This document shows, piece after piece, positions 1 to 9,595 of a DNA stretch of 64,000 bases. The DNA comes from a virus, in IMG/VR virus record IMGVR_UViG_3300032770_000007, positions 1-64,000 of that record. The stretch is one strand, 5' to 3'. Made by a program: the position numbers and the translations under genes. The notes under the pieces were generated by a model that was not told the origin of the DNA, searched no databases, and saw only the letters and a list, made by a program, of their open reading frames with translations. The first letter of the stretch is position 1. The number at the start of each line of letters is the position of its first letter.

Positions 1-391
1 GGCCATTTAGAGGCTCACTAGTGAATGCTGTAAAGGCTGGTATTGTTAACAATGTGGTTGGATCTGTATTAAGCTTTGTGATTGCCACATTTACCAAAGC
101 CTTGGCTGCTGTCATTGATCTAGGAGTATATCCCATCAATTTGGCATGAGAAATAATATTTGGCAACAATACAGCCGTATCAATAAACATTTCATTAGCA
201 ACCATATTCAAATAGAATGCCAAATAATGTGTATTGTATGCTAATAGATTTACAAGCTGATTTAAAGCAGAACCAGTGAAATCATAATCTTGAAACTGAG
301 ATTGACTTTGAAGATAAGCAAGCAGATTAGTCTTAATGCTATCAAAATCTAGATCACTCACCACCAACTTACTATTATTTGATGCTGCCAT
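1..391 (-). CDS. gp6: Baseplate wedge subunit gp6 (N-terminal part, runs off window)
   Basis: Manual translation from ATG at 391: MAASNNSKLVVSDLDFDSIKTNL...QFQDYDFTGSALNQLVNLLAYNTHYLAFYLNMVANEMFIDTA, the typical gp6 N-terminus; follows gp25. Confidence 0.9.
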   Translation of the reverse strand, partial: MAASNNSKLVVSDLDFDSIKTNLLAYLQSQSQFQDYDFTGSALNQLVNLLAYNTHYLAFYLNMVANEMFIDTAVLLPNIISHAKLMGYTPRSMTAAKALVNVAITKLNTDPTTLLTIPAFTAFTSEPLNG

Positions 392-1048
392 TTATTTCTT
401 ACCTTTGGTATGTAATCTTCCTGGTACCAATTTGTTTTGTAATGCTTTTTCTGGTAGCATTCTATAATCATTATGCTCATCATTATACCATTTCAAACCT
501 TTACTTATTATACTTAAATGTTCACTAATTATTTTTGGATCCATTCTGCGAATGTATTTTGTACCTATAACTGAATTAACTCTTTTTTCAATACCAGATT
601 GAGGCAAAATCTTGCCTTTTGTACCTATACGTTGTTCTTGATGAAGACAAATAGCATTTGATCTTTTTTTATTTCTGGTTTCCTTTGAACATTCTCTACC
701 ACGAGCTATATTGCCTATTTTGATTTTAGTTGTTTCGGAATGATGATAACCAGATGGACCTTCGCCACCATTTGTAAGATTTAGCAACAATCCTTCATTT
801 TTGTCTTTACGTCCAATCAATCTAATCAATCCCATCTCAAGATCAAATGCTGCCTTTTCAGCAGAACATTCTATCTTAGTAATGATTGGTTGAATACCTT
901 CATTCAACATTTTCTGCAAACGTTGAACAAATGGATGTCTATCTTTACGCTTCAAGTGTCTATTGGCACGATTACCCGTACCTTTACCAATATAAAAGAT
1001 TTCGTCATTTTTTGATGGATCGAGATAAAGATATGTATAATAAATCAT
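392..1048 (-). CDS. Free-standing GIY-YIG-like homing endonuclease with NUMOD3-like region
   Basis: YTYLY..FYIGKG.G.R and LLNLTNGGEG motifs, HSETTKIKIG repeat; inserted between gp25 and gp6. Confidence 0.75.
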   Translation of the reverse strand: MIYYTYLYLDPSKNDEIFYIGKGTGNRANRHLKRKDRHPFVQRLQKMLNEGIQPIITKIECSAEKAAFDLEMGLIRLIGRKDKNEGLLLNLTNGGEGPSGYHHSETTKIKIGNIARGRECSKETRNKKRSNAICLHQEQRIGTKGKILPQSGIEKRVNSVIGTKYIRRMDPKIISEHLSIISKGLKWYNDEHNDYRMLPEKALQNKLVPGRLHTKGKK

Positions 1049-1443
1049 CGAATGCGTTCCAAAAAGAAGGAAATAGATAGTGGACTCGTTGAACCCAATA
1101 CCGTAAAGATTACTGTTACATCAAATCCATTATTGACTTCATCCCAAACCACATCCACATTTGTCAGCTGTGCTCTGGGTTCAAAATTGTTTATAACATC
1201 AGTGATTTCTTGACTTATTAAACCTGCTGTTGTAGGATCAGCCAATTCAAATAATAGTTTTCTTACATTGCCACCTATTTCTGGATGGAATGGTATGTCA
1301 TAGTGGTTCATCTGGACTAAATTAGTCACAGATTGTATAACACTTTGTGAACCTATTACCATAGCAACATCACCTGTAACTGGATGATTCTGAAAACTAT
1401 CAGCAAAATCTGAATATATTATTTGGTTTGTATTAGCAGCCAT
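1045..1443 (-). CDS. gp25: Baseplate wedge subunit gp25
   Basis: YSD..HPVTGD, QSVTNLV, PFHPEIG..LLFE, INNFEPR, C-terminal LERIR. Confidence 0.92.
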   Translation of the reverse strand: MAANTNQIIYSDFADSFQNHPVTGDVAMVIGSQSVIQSVTNLVQMNHYDIPFHPEIGGNVRKLLFELADPTTAGLISQEITDVINNFEPRAQLTNVDVVWDEVNNGFDVTVIFTVLGSTSPLSISFFLERIR

Positions 1444-1447
1444 TTAG

Positions 1448-1455
1448 TATTTATA
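1448..1455 (-). promoter_or_regulatory. T4-type late promoter TATAAATA
   Basis: Exact T4 gp55 consensus just upstream of the gp25 start. Confidence 0.75.
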
Positions 1456-1468
1456 AGAGTTCTCTAGG

Positions 1469-2035
1469 TTAGAAACGAGATTTGGTAGACCAAAATCTTT
1501 CAGATCTAATCCTTTTTATTGTATTCGAAACCTTTATACGATGTTCTATACTTGGCGGAGATCGATTAAGAGCGGCCAATCTCATATTAATGGTAGTAGA
1601 TTTGGGTTTCCTAAGAGTCTTTTTTCTCTCTTCAGAATAAGGTCCAAGTTTTCTACCTTTTAGGGCATTATTTGTATGACGATATCTTTCTTTCAAACCT
1701 CTTCCAATATTTTTATTCCATTGCTTATCTTCTAATCTATTCTTGTTCCATTTTTTCTTTAACCAACCATACAACTTATTACCTCTATATGAATGATCTA
1801 AAGATTCAACCGTCATCATTTTTGCTGCATAAACTAACTTTGGTTCATTAGGATATATTTTTACTAATAGTTGATGAGCTACATAGTGTTCTTCTGGTGT
1901 AAGATAAACAATGTTATTTTTATCTTTACCTCCCATACATTTAGGTAAAATATGATGACGTTCAAAATAACCAATTTTTGGTTTGGTCTTTGATGATCGA
2001 TTTATAAGAACATTATAATGTTTTTGGTAGTTCAT
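1469..2035 (-). CDS. HNH homing endonuclease (Mob-like)
   Basis: MNYQKHY..LI, ERHHILPKCMGG, LTPEEHYVAHQLLVKIYP. Confidence 0.85.
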   Translation of the reverse strand: MNYQKHYNVLINRSSKTKPKIGYFERHHILPKCMGGKDKNNIVYLTPEEHYVAHQLLVKIYPNEPKLVYAAKMMTVESLDHSYRGNKLYGWLKKKWNKNRLEDKQWNKNIGRGLKERYRHTNNALKGRKLGPYSEERKKTLRKPKSTTINMRLAALNRSPPSIEHRIKVSNTIKRIRSERFWSTKSRF

Positions 2036-3816
2036 TGTAAAAACTGTGCTTTTTCAGATTGTCTACGTGTTGTTAACCCAGCAACAACTGAACCCTGAGA
2101 GGTATTCCATAATAGCATTGCATTAGCTGCTGAACACCAGTTCTGTTGATTTAAATACTTTAGAACATTTGATGTAGAGAAGTTACCCACACCAATGTTA
2201 TACATCAAGCTCAACAAAGCATCCACCATATTCTGGGTTAGTTGAACAGTAACATACTGTTGAAGTTTTGGTAGAAAGATATTATTAATACTGTCATTAA
2301 TATATTGACTAGCAGTGGCTGGAGTTATAACTGTAGTTGGTGTAAGAGCTGCTGATGGGGGCAATACCACACTAGTTGTTCCATAACCAATGGTAAGAAG
2401 AGCAGGACCTATTACAGGATCTGGATAGGACTGAATATTTCCATTTGCTAGAAGCTTTGCCAATCCTTCTCTCTGTTGTAATAATAAAAGTCCGGCTGAA
2501 CTCATTTGCCAAGGTTGTGACATAAATGTATGAGTATTGATGTCAAAGCTACAGGTTACATTAGGTGCAGCAGCATCTCCACCACCGAACATAGCCTGCT
2601 TGGCTGCTGAGCCAGTGTAAGCATCCAAATATTGAGCATTCTGTGGCCAAGGAGTTGGTGTTGGTTCTTCTCCTGCTACTCCTTGATTTGGTGTGGTTGT
2701 TGCACCAGGTGATTTCAAAGAGTTGCCTGTGCCAGCCTGAGCACCAATCTGTGCATTAATATTCTCAGCAATCATATCTAAAGTTGTTGCAGCTACTAAC
2801 TCAAGTTGATCTGCTGCTGTAAGAAGAATATCTGAACCAGAAACTATAGTTGCTTCTTGTGATACATTCATATTGATAGATTGAGCAACTATATTCAATG
2901 CTCCACCAACAGCCACGCTCATGCTACCATTAGCTGTTACATTTAAATTATTATCACATTCAAGATTAACATCACCCAAAGCCTTAATATACACGCCTTG
3001 GCCCACCGTAACCAATGCTCTGCCCATTACATGGACATAATCATCACCCATAGTAATCGAATATTTGGATTTGGTGATCTTATCTACTCTACTTCCTGAT
3101 GGATATAGATCAATAAAAGAACCTGTCCTGTGAGTGAATGTAATACGTTCTGATCCTGGTGTATCATCAAACTCTATCATATGACCAGATTCAGTTTCTG
3201 TTGCCTTGTTATATGGATAAAGAGGATTATAGGCTGGATAGGGTTCAGACCAGGTTAGACCAGTTGCTGTTACCACACCTTTATCTAGATTATTCTTTCT
3301 TTGTTGAATAACCGTGTTTGCTATATCATATCTTGTAGCACCAGTTAATGTTGGTTTGTTTAGATTTTCTGCCAAAGGATAGAGACTGGCAGAAGTAGGA
3401 TTTGTTACTACTACTCCGGAGCCATCAGTCTTATAGGTAATAGACATTGGCTTTCTTGGAGCATCCTGTAAAGTAGCAGAAGTTCTTAAATCATTAAATC
3501 CTTGTCCCTGATTGGCCAATTGTGTTTGATAACCTGGTAGTTTGAAAAGAACCATGGGAACCTGGGCAGATCGTCCATCAGTCCAAATACCTAATACACA
3601 ATCTCCTTCCTTGATCCAGGGAGAACTATCATCATTAGAAGATTGAGCCACAATGGCCCAAGGTAGATCAGCTGTTGGAACATCCGCCAAGGAAGAAGAA
3701 TGCATAGCAAAGGCTCTAACTTGTACTCTACCTAAAGCTAGAGGATCCTGCCTTGATTCAACTATGCCAACAAACCAGCATAGTCCATCCAAACCCATCC
3801 AATTCTTTTCTATCAT
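2032..3816 (-). CDS. gp5: Baseplate hub spike gp5 with C-terminal GH24 lysozyme domain
   Basis: WFVGIVESRQDPLALGRVQVR OB-fold; YPYN..ETESGH..EFDDTPG.ER; C-terminal REG...YPD...TIGYG and GLTTRRQSE. Confidence 0.92.
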   Translation of the reverse strand: MIEKNWMGLDGLCWFVGIVESRQDPLALGRVQVRAFAMHSSSLADVPTADLPWAIVAQSSNDDSSPWIKEGDCVLGIWTDGRSAQVPMVLFKLPGYQTQLANQGQGFNDLRTSATLQDAPRKPMSITYKTDGSGVVVTNPTSASLYPLAENLNKPTLTGATRYDIANTVIQQRKNNLDKGVVTATGLTWSEPYPAYNPLYPYNKATETESGHMIEFDDTPGSERITFTHRTGSFIDLYPSGSRVDKITKSKYSITMGDDYVHVMGRALVTVGQGVYIKALGDVNLECDNNLNVTANGSMSVAVGGALNIVAQSINMNVSQEATIVSGSDILLTAADQLELVAATTLDMIAENINAQIGAQAGTGNSLKSPGATTTPNQGVAGEEPTPTPWPQNAQYLDAYTGSAAKQAMFGGGDAAAPNVTCSFDINTHTFMSQPWQMSSAGLLLLQQREGLAKLLANGNIQSYPDPVIGPALLTIGYGTTSVVLPPSAALTPTTVITPATASQYINDSINNIFLPKLQQYVTVQLTQNMVDALLSLMYNIGVGNFSTSNVLKYLNQQNWCSAANAMLLWNTSQGSVVAGLTTRRQSEKAQFLQ

Positions 3817-5129
3817 GACTGCTTTGCCGTCTTCAAACCTTGGCTCTGATTCTGTGCTGCATTCAGAGCCCCACTTACACTATCACTCAATAACTCAACA
3901 ACTGTGCTCATAACATCATTCATAAAGATATGATGAACAGCCGTAACTAGATATTTACTGGTTCTGAGAGTATTGATTTGTCCCTTTTGTGTTTGAGGGA
4001 CAGCCTGTGGTATCTCTACTTCTATAATATTACCCACCTTCATTAAAACATCACCAGGAATAGTTAACACCATTTTAAAACTATGCAACTGAGCCAAACG
4101 AGAAGATTTCTTTGTAAGCCAATTTTCAGGATGCGAATGATTAACTGTTGGATCTGATGTAGTAACTGGATAGAACTTAATAAAATAATCTGGATTGTTT
4201 ATCAAAGCATTACCAAAACGATTGATTGAATCATTAACAGGAATACTGCTATTTAATAATGGAAATTGTCCATATTGAAGATTTGTATTCTTCATAGTAT
4301 GATTGATCATGTCAAATGTTATCAGAGTAGAACTATAGGCACCATATCTACCACTCTCAATCAAATCAAAATCTTGAGGAATCTTAAGATAGTTTAGAGA
4401 GTTGATATTATTAGCAGCTGCTGTATCAGTCTTTGGTCTTTTGTAATAACTTTGATAGACTGGTTGAGCTATCAAAGATTCATAAGCACGAAAGTTATAT
4501 CCATCCCTGTTCTCATAAAATAAGAATAGAGAAGCATTAGCAGAATAGGCTCGAGAAGATAACCATTCAATGGCTTCTAGTGGTTGTAATCTAGGAACAA
4601 TAACATTGAAGACGCCTTGTGTGGTATCTATGGTTCCTACTCTTTTACTATTGGTTCCCAGTTTATTATTCAAAACATCTTTGATCATATCTGAAATAGT
4701 CATTCCACGATAAGACTTAGAAATATATTGCTGTGTTGATAAAATCATTTCTTCTGAACAAAAATGAATAGTATAATTTTGTAGAGCAGAAGATTTGAAC
4801 TCTCGATCACTGATCTTATAAATCCTAAACACCTTATTAATAGGATTATTCAAAGAAGGTTTGTCTATTGTCATAAGCAAATATTCATTACCATGAAACT
4901 TAAAGTTGGTCATTAGATCCATGGCATCACCAATCAGCAAACTACCACTCATACAAGGAGCAAAAATATCCTCATATAGATTTATTTCAACCATGGCAGA
5001 ACGTATATCTACAACTACTCCATCACTTGTTAAAATAGATAGAGTACGGATATGATAATCAGATGAATATATTAGACCTGATTGAGTTTGCGGATTATTT
5101 GATGGAACAACATTATTAGGATTTGTCAT
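3813..5129 (-). CDS. Baseplate hub protein (gp27-like)
   Basis: EINLYEDIF..MSGSLLIGD, FLFYENRDGYNF, IPGD....VG, KYLVTAVHH; synteny between gp53 and gp5. Confidence 0.7.
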   Translation of the reverse strand: MTNPNNVVPSNNPQTQSGLIYSSDYHIRTLSILTSDGVVVDIRSAMVEINLYEDIFAPCMSGSLLIGDAMDLMTNFKFHGNEYLLMTIDKPSLNNPINKVFRIYKISDREFKSSALQNYTIHFCSEEMILSTQQYISKSYRGMTISDMIKDVLNNKLGTNSKRVGTIDTTQGVFNVIVPRLQPLEAIEWLSSRAYSANASLFLFYENRDGYNFRAYESLIAQPVYQSYYKRPKTDTAAANNINSLNYLKIPQDFDLIESGRYGAYSSTLITFDMINHTMKNTNLQYGQFPLLNSSIPVNDSINRFGNALINNPDYFIKFYPVTTSDPTVNHSHPENWLTKKSSRLAQLHSFKMVLTIPGDVLMKVGNIIEVEIPQAVPQTQKGQINTLRTSKYLVTAVHHIFMNDVMSTVVELLSDSVSGALNAAQNQSQGLKTAKQS

Positions 5130-5800
5130 TGTGATAGAAGTTGTTGAAGTTCAATATCTATTTCATTAGCAAATTGGTTTTGAACCAATTGGATGTTTCT
5201 ATTTGCCTCATTTTGATTTATATATGCCTGATAGTTTGAGATAGCATACAACTGTACAGAAGTATCAACTATAGAACCATCAGGGAAAGAAACCATTGTA
5301 TTAGACCCAGTTTGTATCACTGGATTATCAATAGTTGGAAGCACCATGCTCCCATCTACTGCAATAACACTAGTATCTATTAAACTAACATATGTATTAA
5401 GAGATACCTGATAGTTCTTTGTTACGATAACATTGGTATGTTTTTCATAATGATGAATGGTTGCCTGAGCAGCAACTACAGAACCAAAATTACTAATTAG
5501 TTGTGCTTCTAGTTCATTCTGATCTATTGGCCAACCATAATATGGATCTATGATTTGATTAGCATACAATACCATCCAATGTCTTGTAGGATCATTATAG
5601 TATTTGGTTGCTATAATCTCAGGTGTATCTGAATTCTTTATATCATAGGTATAGAAGACACTTATATTATTAACAATAGAGTCAAGTAGTTTTGTGCGAG
5701 CAAATATATCTACAACCGTCTTGAAATCATTTTGCGCAATAGCATCAGGATTATCTGGATTGGCATAGAGTATACGGGGAAAATAGTCAAAAAATGGAAT
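5126..5800 (-). CDS. gp53: Baseplate wedge subunit gp53, probable ATT start at 5800 (ORF track truncates it at 5575)
   Basis: In-frame upstream extension IPFFDYFPRILY...FYTYDIKNSDTPEIIATKYYNDPTRHWMVLYANQIIDPYYGWP carries the LysM-like gp53 motif; GGAG SD 6 nt before ATT. Confidence 0.85.
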   Translation of the reverse strand: MPFFDYFPRILYANPDNPDAIAQNDFKTVVDIFARTKLLDSIVNNISVFYTYDIKNSDTPEIIATKYYNDPTRHWMVLYANQIIDPYYGWPIDQNELEAQLISNFGSVVAAQATIHHYEKHTNVIVTKNYQVSLNTYVSLIDTSVIAVDGSMVLPTIDNPVIQTGSNTMVSFPDGSIVDTSVQLYAISNYQAYINQNEANRNIQLVQNQFANEIDIELQQLLSQ

Positions 5801-5801
5801 G

Positions 5802-6368
5802 TTAGTCTCCTCCCTGTTTGGAAGAAAATCTTGGTGGTAAAATCTTATTTTCTAAAGCCCATTGTCTCTTCGCTTCTCTTTTTTCTATGGTCCATGCTGC
5901 TCTCATACGTTCTTTTGTTTGTTCTGTCTTTTTTCCTTCTTCTCCCCTTTTATATTTGCGATGTAATCTATTATATTCACTAACCCATGGTTTTTTCATC
6001 CCTTTGTGAGAGTTACTTATTTTTTCTTTATGCATATCTGTTTTAGGTTTTATAGCACCTCTTCTACAAGAATCAAAATCAAATGATTTATTGTTAGTCT
6101 TATTCAACCAAATATCTTTATTTTCTAATACTTTCATCCTTCTAAGAACTTTATTTTCCCAAGAAGCAGCTTGTTTATTTGATTTAAATGTTTTCCTAAT
6201 CTCAAATTCCCAACAATCATCACCAAATAATGTTCTTAATAGTTGAATTGTATTACTTGAAGTATAGTAAGTTTTCCAAAATTCGTCTGGGTAGCATCCT
6301 TTTTTCCAACGAACTCCATAATACCATTGGTTGGTTGGTTTAAAATGTAAAAGATAAGTATAATACAT
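5802..6368 (-). CDS. GIY-YIG-like homing endonuclease
   Basis: MYYTYLL..WYYGVR..YYTSS..FEIRKTF..WE.KVL; NUMOD3-like HKEKISNSHKG; likely start ATG 6368. Confidence 0.75.
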   Translation of the reverse strand: MYYTYLLHFKPTNQWYYGVRWKKGCYPDEFWKTYYTSSNTIQLLRTLFGDDCWEFEIRKTFKSNKQAASWENKVLRRMKVLENKDIWLNKTNNKSFDFDSCRRGAIKPKTDMHKEKISNSHKGMKKPWVSEYNRLHRKYKRGEEGKKTEQTKERMRAAWTIEKREAKRQWALENKILPPRFSSKQGGD

Positions 6369-6369
6369 T

Positions 6370-7602
6370 TTAGAATCCCTGTCCTTGATTCTGACCAGTA
6401 GGATCTGCCATGAGTTCTCTGTAAATGATTTCTGCTTCACGGAAACGTAACTGCATAGATATATCAGCTGGCGCACCATCAGTCATTGTTGTCCATTGTC
6501 CTGAACCTGACCAATTGATATCAATAGCTTCTAATACACAGGTACTAATTTGACTGATAAACTGATTATCAATATTACCAAACTTGAAAGTAATATCAAA
6601 CTGCCCTGGTACAATAAAATATCTACCACGACTGCCTTGTTGAATAGAAGGAGAAGAGAAATACTTAAATGTTTGAATAATATTCTTTATGGTTTGTGCT
6701 TCTTTGGCTGATCTAGGCTGAAATCTAAATTCAAATATGAATGATCTGTTTTGAGTTCCTCTATATAATAATTCAACCTGTGGATTGATAGCCAAACCAC
6801 CACTTCTTAAGGCTAGACCAGTAAAGTCTGAACCAACAAGTCCTGAACTCTCAGCCAAAGTACCTAATAGTTCTCTACCAGCTGGAGAACCAGCAAATCC
6901 TGCACCCATTTGTTGAAATATACCACCAGCTATCTTGGCATCCTTCTTTAGATCAAGACCCCAATCAGCATTCTTGAGCTTACTCCATGTAGAGTTCAAC
7001 GTGTGAGAAACTGCTCCACCAACAGCTGTTGCTAATCCTAACTGGCCCATGGCCTCTGTAGCACTTACAACACCATAGTCATGATTGAAAGAAGTCATGA
7101 CAGTATCAGGCATGTAGATAGCAACACTCTGATTAATCTTTCTAAGCTTTGGTTTTAAGCTAACAAGATCATTTCCAAAAGCAGAAATAGCTGTGGCTGT
7201 TAGACCAGTAGCAGCAGCCTGACCTAATCCTGAACCTGCTCTTTCTAATACACCACCATCAGTCTGAGCAAAACTAGTTAGACCAGCAATACCTGCTATA
7301 GTTGCCACACCTGTTCCAGTAGCACCCAAACTTTGTGGCTTACCAGCATTAGCTTTCAAATAATCACTATTATTTTGAGAACGACTTTGAACTTGCTGAG
7401 AACTTGCAAAATGTTGGACAGCATATTGATCTGTAGTAGGAACATAAATATTGAAAACTACGTAGCTTGGTACATCATTGCTACCAACTTCATTAGGATA
7501 TTTGAGAATATTCAAATCATATCCAGAAGAGTCTAAAGCACTCAATGGAGTAGATTTATTTGGTATTTGTTGAACAAAAGGATTTTGAATGGTGCTTGGC
7601 AT
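6370..7602 (-). CDS. gp48: Baseplate tail tube cap gp48
   Basis: LKYP, AIYMP, AINPQVELLYRG..NRSFIFEFRFQPRSAKEA..I..I, CVLEAIDIN, LRFREAEII. Confidence 0.9.
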   Translation of the reverse strand: MPSTIQNPFVQQIPNKSTPLSALDSSGYDLNILKYPNEVGSNDVPSYVVFNIYVPTTDQYAVQHFASSQQVQSRSQNNSDYLKANAGKPQSLGATGTGVATIAGIAGLTSFAQTDGGVLERAGSGLGQAAATGLTATAISAFGNDLVSLKPKLRKINQSVAIYMPDTVMTSFNHDYGVVSATEAMGQLGLATAVGGAVSHTLNSTWSKLKNADWGLDLKKDAKIAGGIFQQMGAGFAGSPAGRELLGTLAESSGLVGSDFTGLALRSGGLAINPQVELLYRGTQNRSFIFEFRFQPRSAKEAQTIKNIIQTFKYFSSPSIQQGSRGRYFIVPGQFDITFKFGNIDNQFISQISTCVLEAIDINWSGSGQWTTMTDGAPADISMQLRFREAEIIYRELMADPTGQNQGQGF

Positions 7603-7618
7603 TATAATCTCTTGAATA

Positions 7619-8056
7619 TCAACTATTATTTATTCCTATATCTGACTCAGTTATTACCTTGAATACCCAACCCATCTTATTAGCATACTCTGTAGCTGCT
7701 GAAAACTTGGCCTGGTTCTTCCCCCACTCAGCAACCTCTGTAATATACTTCTTGGTTATTCTCTTAGGCTTCTTAGGAGGAGTTAGAAATCTCTTAGGTT
7801 TCACCTCTATTAACATAATCTGGCCATCAGAGTTCTTAACCTTCATATCTACAAAGTATCTATGCACTTTCCCATCAATAGGACTAACATAAGGAATAAC
7901 TGTCTCTTCAGAACTCCATTCAATGATCTTAGGATCACTATCACAACGAATCATTACGCATAATTCATATGATGATCTATACCAAATATTTGATGGATCG
8001 CCTTGATACTTTTGCGGATTTTTTGGACTAAATCGTCCTTGCAGGTACTTTGCCAA
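7619..8056 (-). CDS. gp4: Head completion nuclease gp4
   Basis: GRFSPKNPQKYQGD..I.YRSS.E, WSSEE..IPY.SP.D...HRYFVD, IEVKP, NQAKF.AA. Confidence 0.92.
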   Translation of the reverse strand: MAKYLQGRFSPKNPQKYQGDPSNIWYRSSYELCVMIRCDSDPKIIEWSSEETVIPYVSPIDGKVHRYFVDMKVKNSDGQIMLIEVKPKRFLTPPKKPKRITKKYITEVAEWGKNQAKFSAATEYANKMGWVFKVITESDIGINNS

Positions 8057-8073
8057 AGAAACTCCAGATACAC

Positions 8074-8105
8074 ACTAAATATTGCCACCGATGTCTAATA
8101 TTTAG
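8074..8105. promoter_or_regulatory. Divergent pair of late-type promoters (ACTAAATA plus, CTAAATA minus) for gp2 and gp4
   Basis: Same CTAAATA motif recurs before many genes in this window. Confidence 0.55.
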
Positions 8106-8113
8106 CAGTATAA

Positions 8114-8554
8114 GTGTCATTTCAATCTCTTCAACAATATGGTTCTTTTGTCACAACTCCTACAGTTGGTAGATTGTATCATTATGTCTATGATGCTAAA
8201 CTAAAGGATGAACTACCCTATTGGGACAAGTTTCCTCTAGCTTTGATTGCAGATCCTTATCCGGATGGCTGGATCGGCTATAATTTTCATTATGTTCCTC
8301 AAAGAACTCGTAAGGTTATCTTGAATGAATTGTATAAGTACATGGAGTTTGATCCAGTGACTAGAGTTAGATCAAGTTATGGATTTTTGAAACAAATATC
8401 TATCTTCCCTGATATCAAACCTTGTATAAAGAGATATCTGACTTCACATATCAAAAGTAGATTATTTGAGATCAATCCAATAGCCTGGGATGAAATCATT
8501 AAGATGCCTACTGCTAGATGGCAGACTGGTGTGCCATATAGAGGCGCGAAGTAA
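8114..8554 (+). CDS. gp2: DNA end protector gp2
   Basis: GRLYHYVYDAKLKDELPYWDKFPL, GYNFHY, PCIKRYL.SH. Confidence 0.9.
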   Translation: MSFQSLQQYGSFVTTPTVGRLYHYVYDAKLKDELPYWDKFPLALIADPYPDGWIGYNFHYVPQRTRKVILNELYKYMEFDPVTRVRSSYGFLKQISIFPDIKPCIKRYLTSHIKSRLFEINPIAWDEIIKMPTARWQTGVPYRGAK

Positions 8555-8817
8555 TGGGAAAATTTCAAGGTAAAAGAGTTGAACTAATCCCACAATCAGG
8601 AGGTTTTCAACTTTTGAAACCCGGTGAATATGGAAAATGGACTGATGGAAAATGGTTTGGATGTACTCCAAATGATCATGGTTGTAATTTATCTGCGCAT
8701 GATATTATTGAACACTCTGATGGCACCATTACCGTTAGTCCTTCAATCCTTGTATCTGATAATCGTGATGCAGTGTGGCATGGATTTTTAGAACAAGGTA
8801 TTTGGCGAGAAGACTAA
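8554..8817 (+). CDS. Small hypothetical protein (possibly DUF6527-like)
   Basis: DGTITVSPSIL...WHGFLEQGIW; translationally coupled to gp2. Confidence 0.55.
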   Translation: MGKFQGKRVELIPQSGGFQLLKPGEYGKWTDGKWFGCTPNDHGCNLSAHDIIEHSDGTITVSPSILVSDNRDAVWHGFLEQGIWRED

Positions 8818-8836
8818 TCAAGAGGTATTTGCAACA

Positions 8837-9580
8837 ATTGCTTTCAATATAGATGATTTCAAAACAAACCTTGAGCAATACAATGAAGTAGCCAAGGCTG
8901 ATAAGTTTGATGTTGTTATTGCTTTGCCTGCTCCTCTACAATCAAGTTTTGGAACACAACAACTATCTCTAACCTGTGAAGCTTCTGAGTTGCCTGGTGT
9001 AGATATTACTCCAATAGAATATAGACATCATGCTTTCAAGAAATACATTCCTCATTATCTAAACTATAGTCCACTTGTTCTTACGTTCTATTGTACAGGA
9101 CAAATGATGGAAAAAAGATTCTTTGATTACTGGATCAATCAGTGTATTCCTAAATCGTCTGGTCTGGTGAATTATCGACTTGATAATAATGGTAGTCCTT
9201 TATATGAGGCTCAAATCAATATCAATCAATATGACCAGGCAGGCAATCTAACATATTTCGCTTTGGCTCAGGATGCCTTTCCAATATCCTTAAGCCCATT
9301 GAATCAAAACTGGGGAGATGATAGCATACATCGTCTCACAGTAACTTTTATCTTCACCAAGTGGCTAACTGGTGATGATGGTATTTCTGGTCTTCCAACT
9401 AGAATACCCCAGGTTCAGGCTCCATTTGTAACCAACTTTACAAATATATTGAATAATGCTTTGAATACAATAACTAATCCAGCAGCTCTAATAACTCCTG
9501 GTGGTATTCATTCTGCCATTAATGGTCTACAGGCTCAAGGCAATCAGATAGCTAAAAATCCATTTACATTGATTTACTAA
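8837..9580 (+). CDS. gp54: Tail tube initiator gp54-like, probable ATT start at 8837
   Basis: In-frame extension (I)AFNIDDFKTNLEQYNEVAKADKFDVVI upstream of the ORF-track TTG; CEASELPG, FFDYWIN, AFPISLSPL..W....HRLTVTF; GAGGT SD. Confidence 0.8.
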   Translation: MAFNIDDFKTNLEQYNEVAKADKFDVVIALPAPLQSSFGTQQLSLTCEASELPGVDITPIEYRHHAFKKYIPHYLNYSPLVLTFYCTGQMMEKRFFDYWINQCIPKSSGLVNYRLDNNGSPLYEAQININQYDQAGNLTYFALAQDAFPISLSPLNQNWGDDSIHRLTVTFIFTKWLTGDDGISGLPTRIPQVQAPFVTNFTNILNNALNTITNPAALITPGGIHSAINGLQAQGNQIAKNPFTLIY

Positions 9581-9595
9581 TACGAGATTTACATT

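Noticed and set aside
392-6368. Group I introns around the endonucleases in the baseplate cluster
   Set aside because: Flanking genes are intact and abut the endonuclease ORFs, leaving no room for intron cores; these are free-standing.
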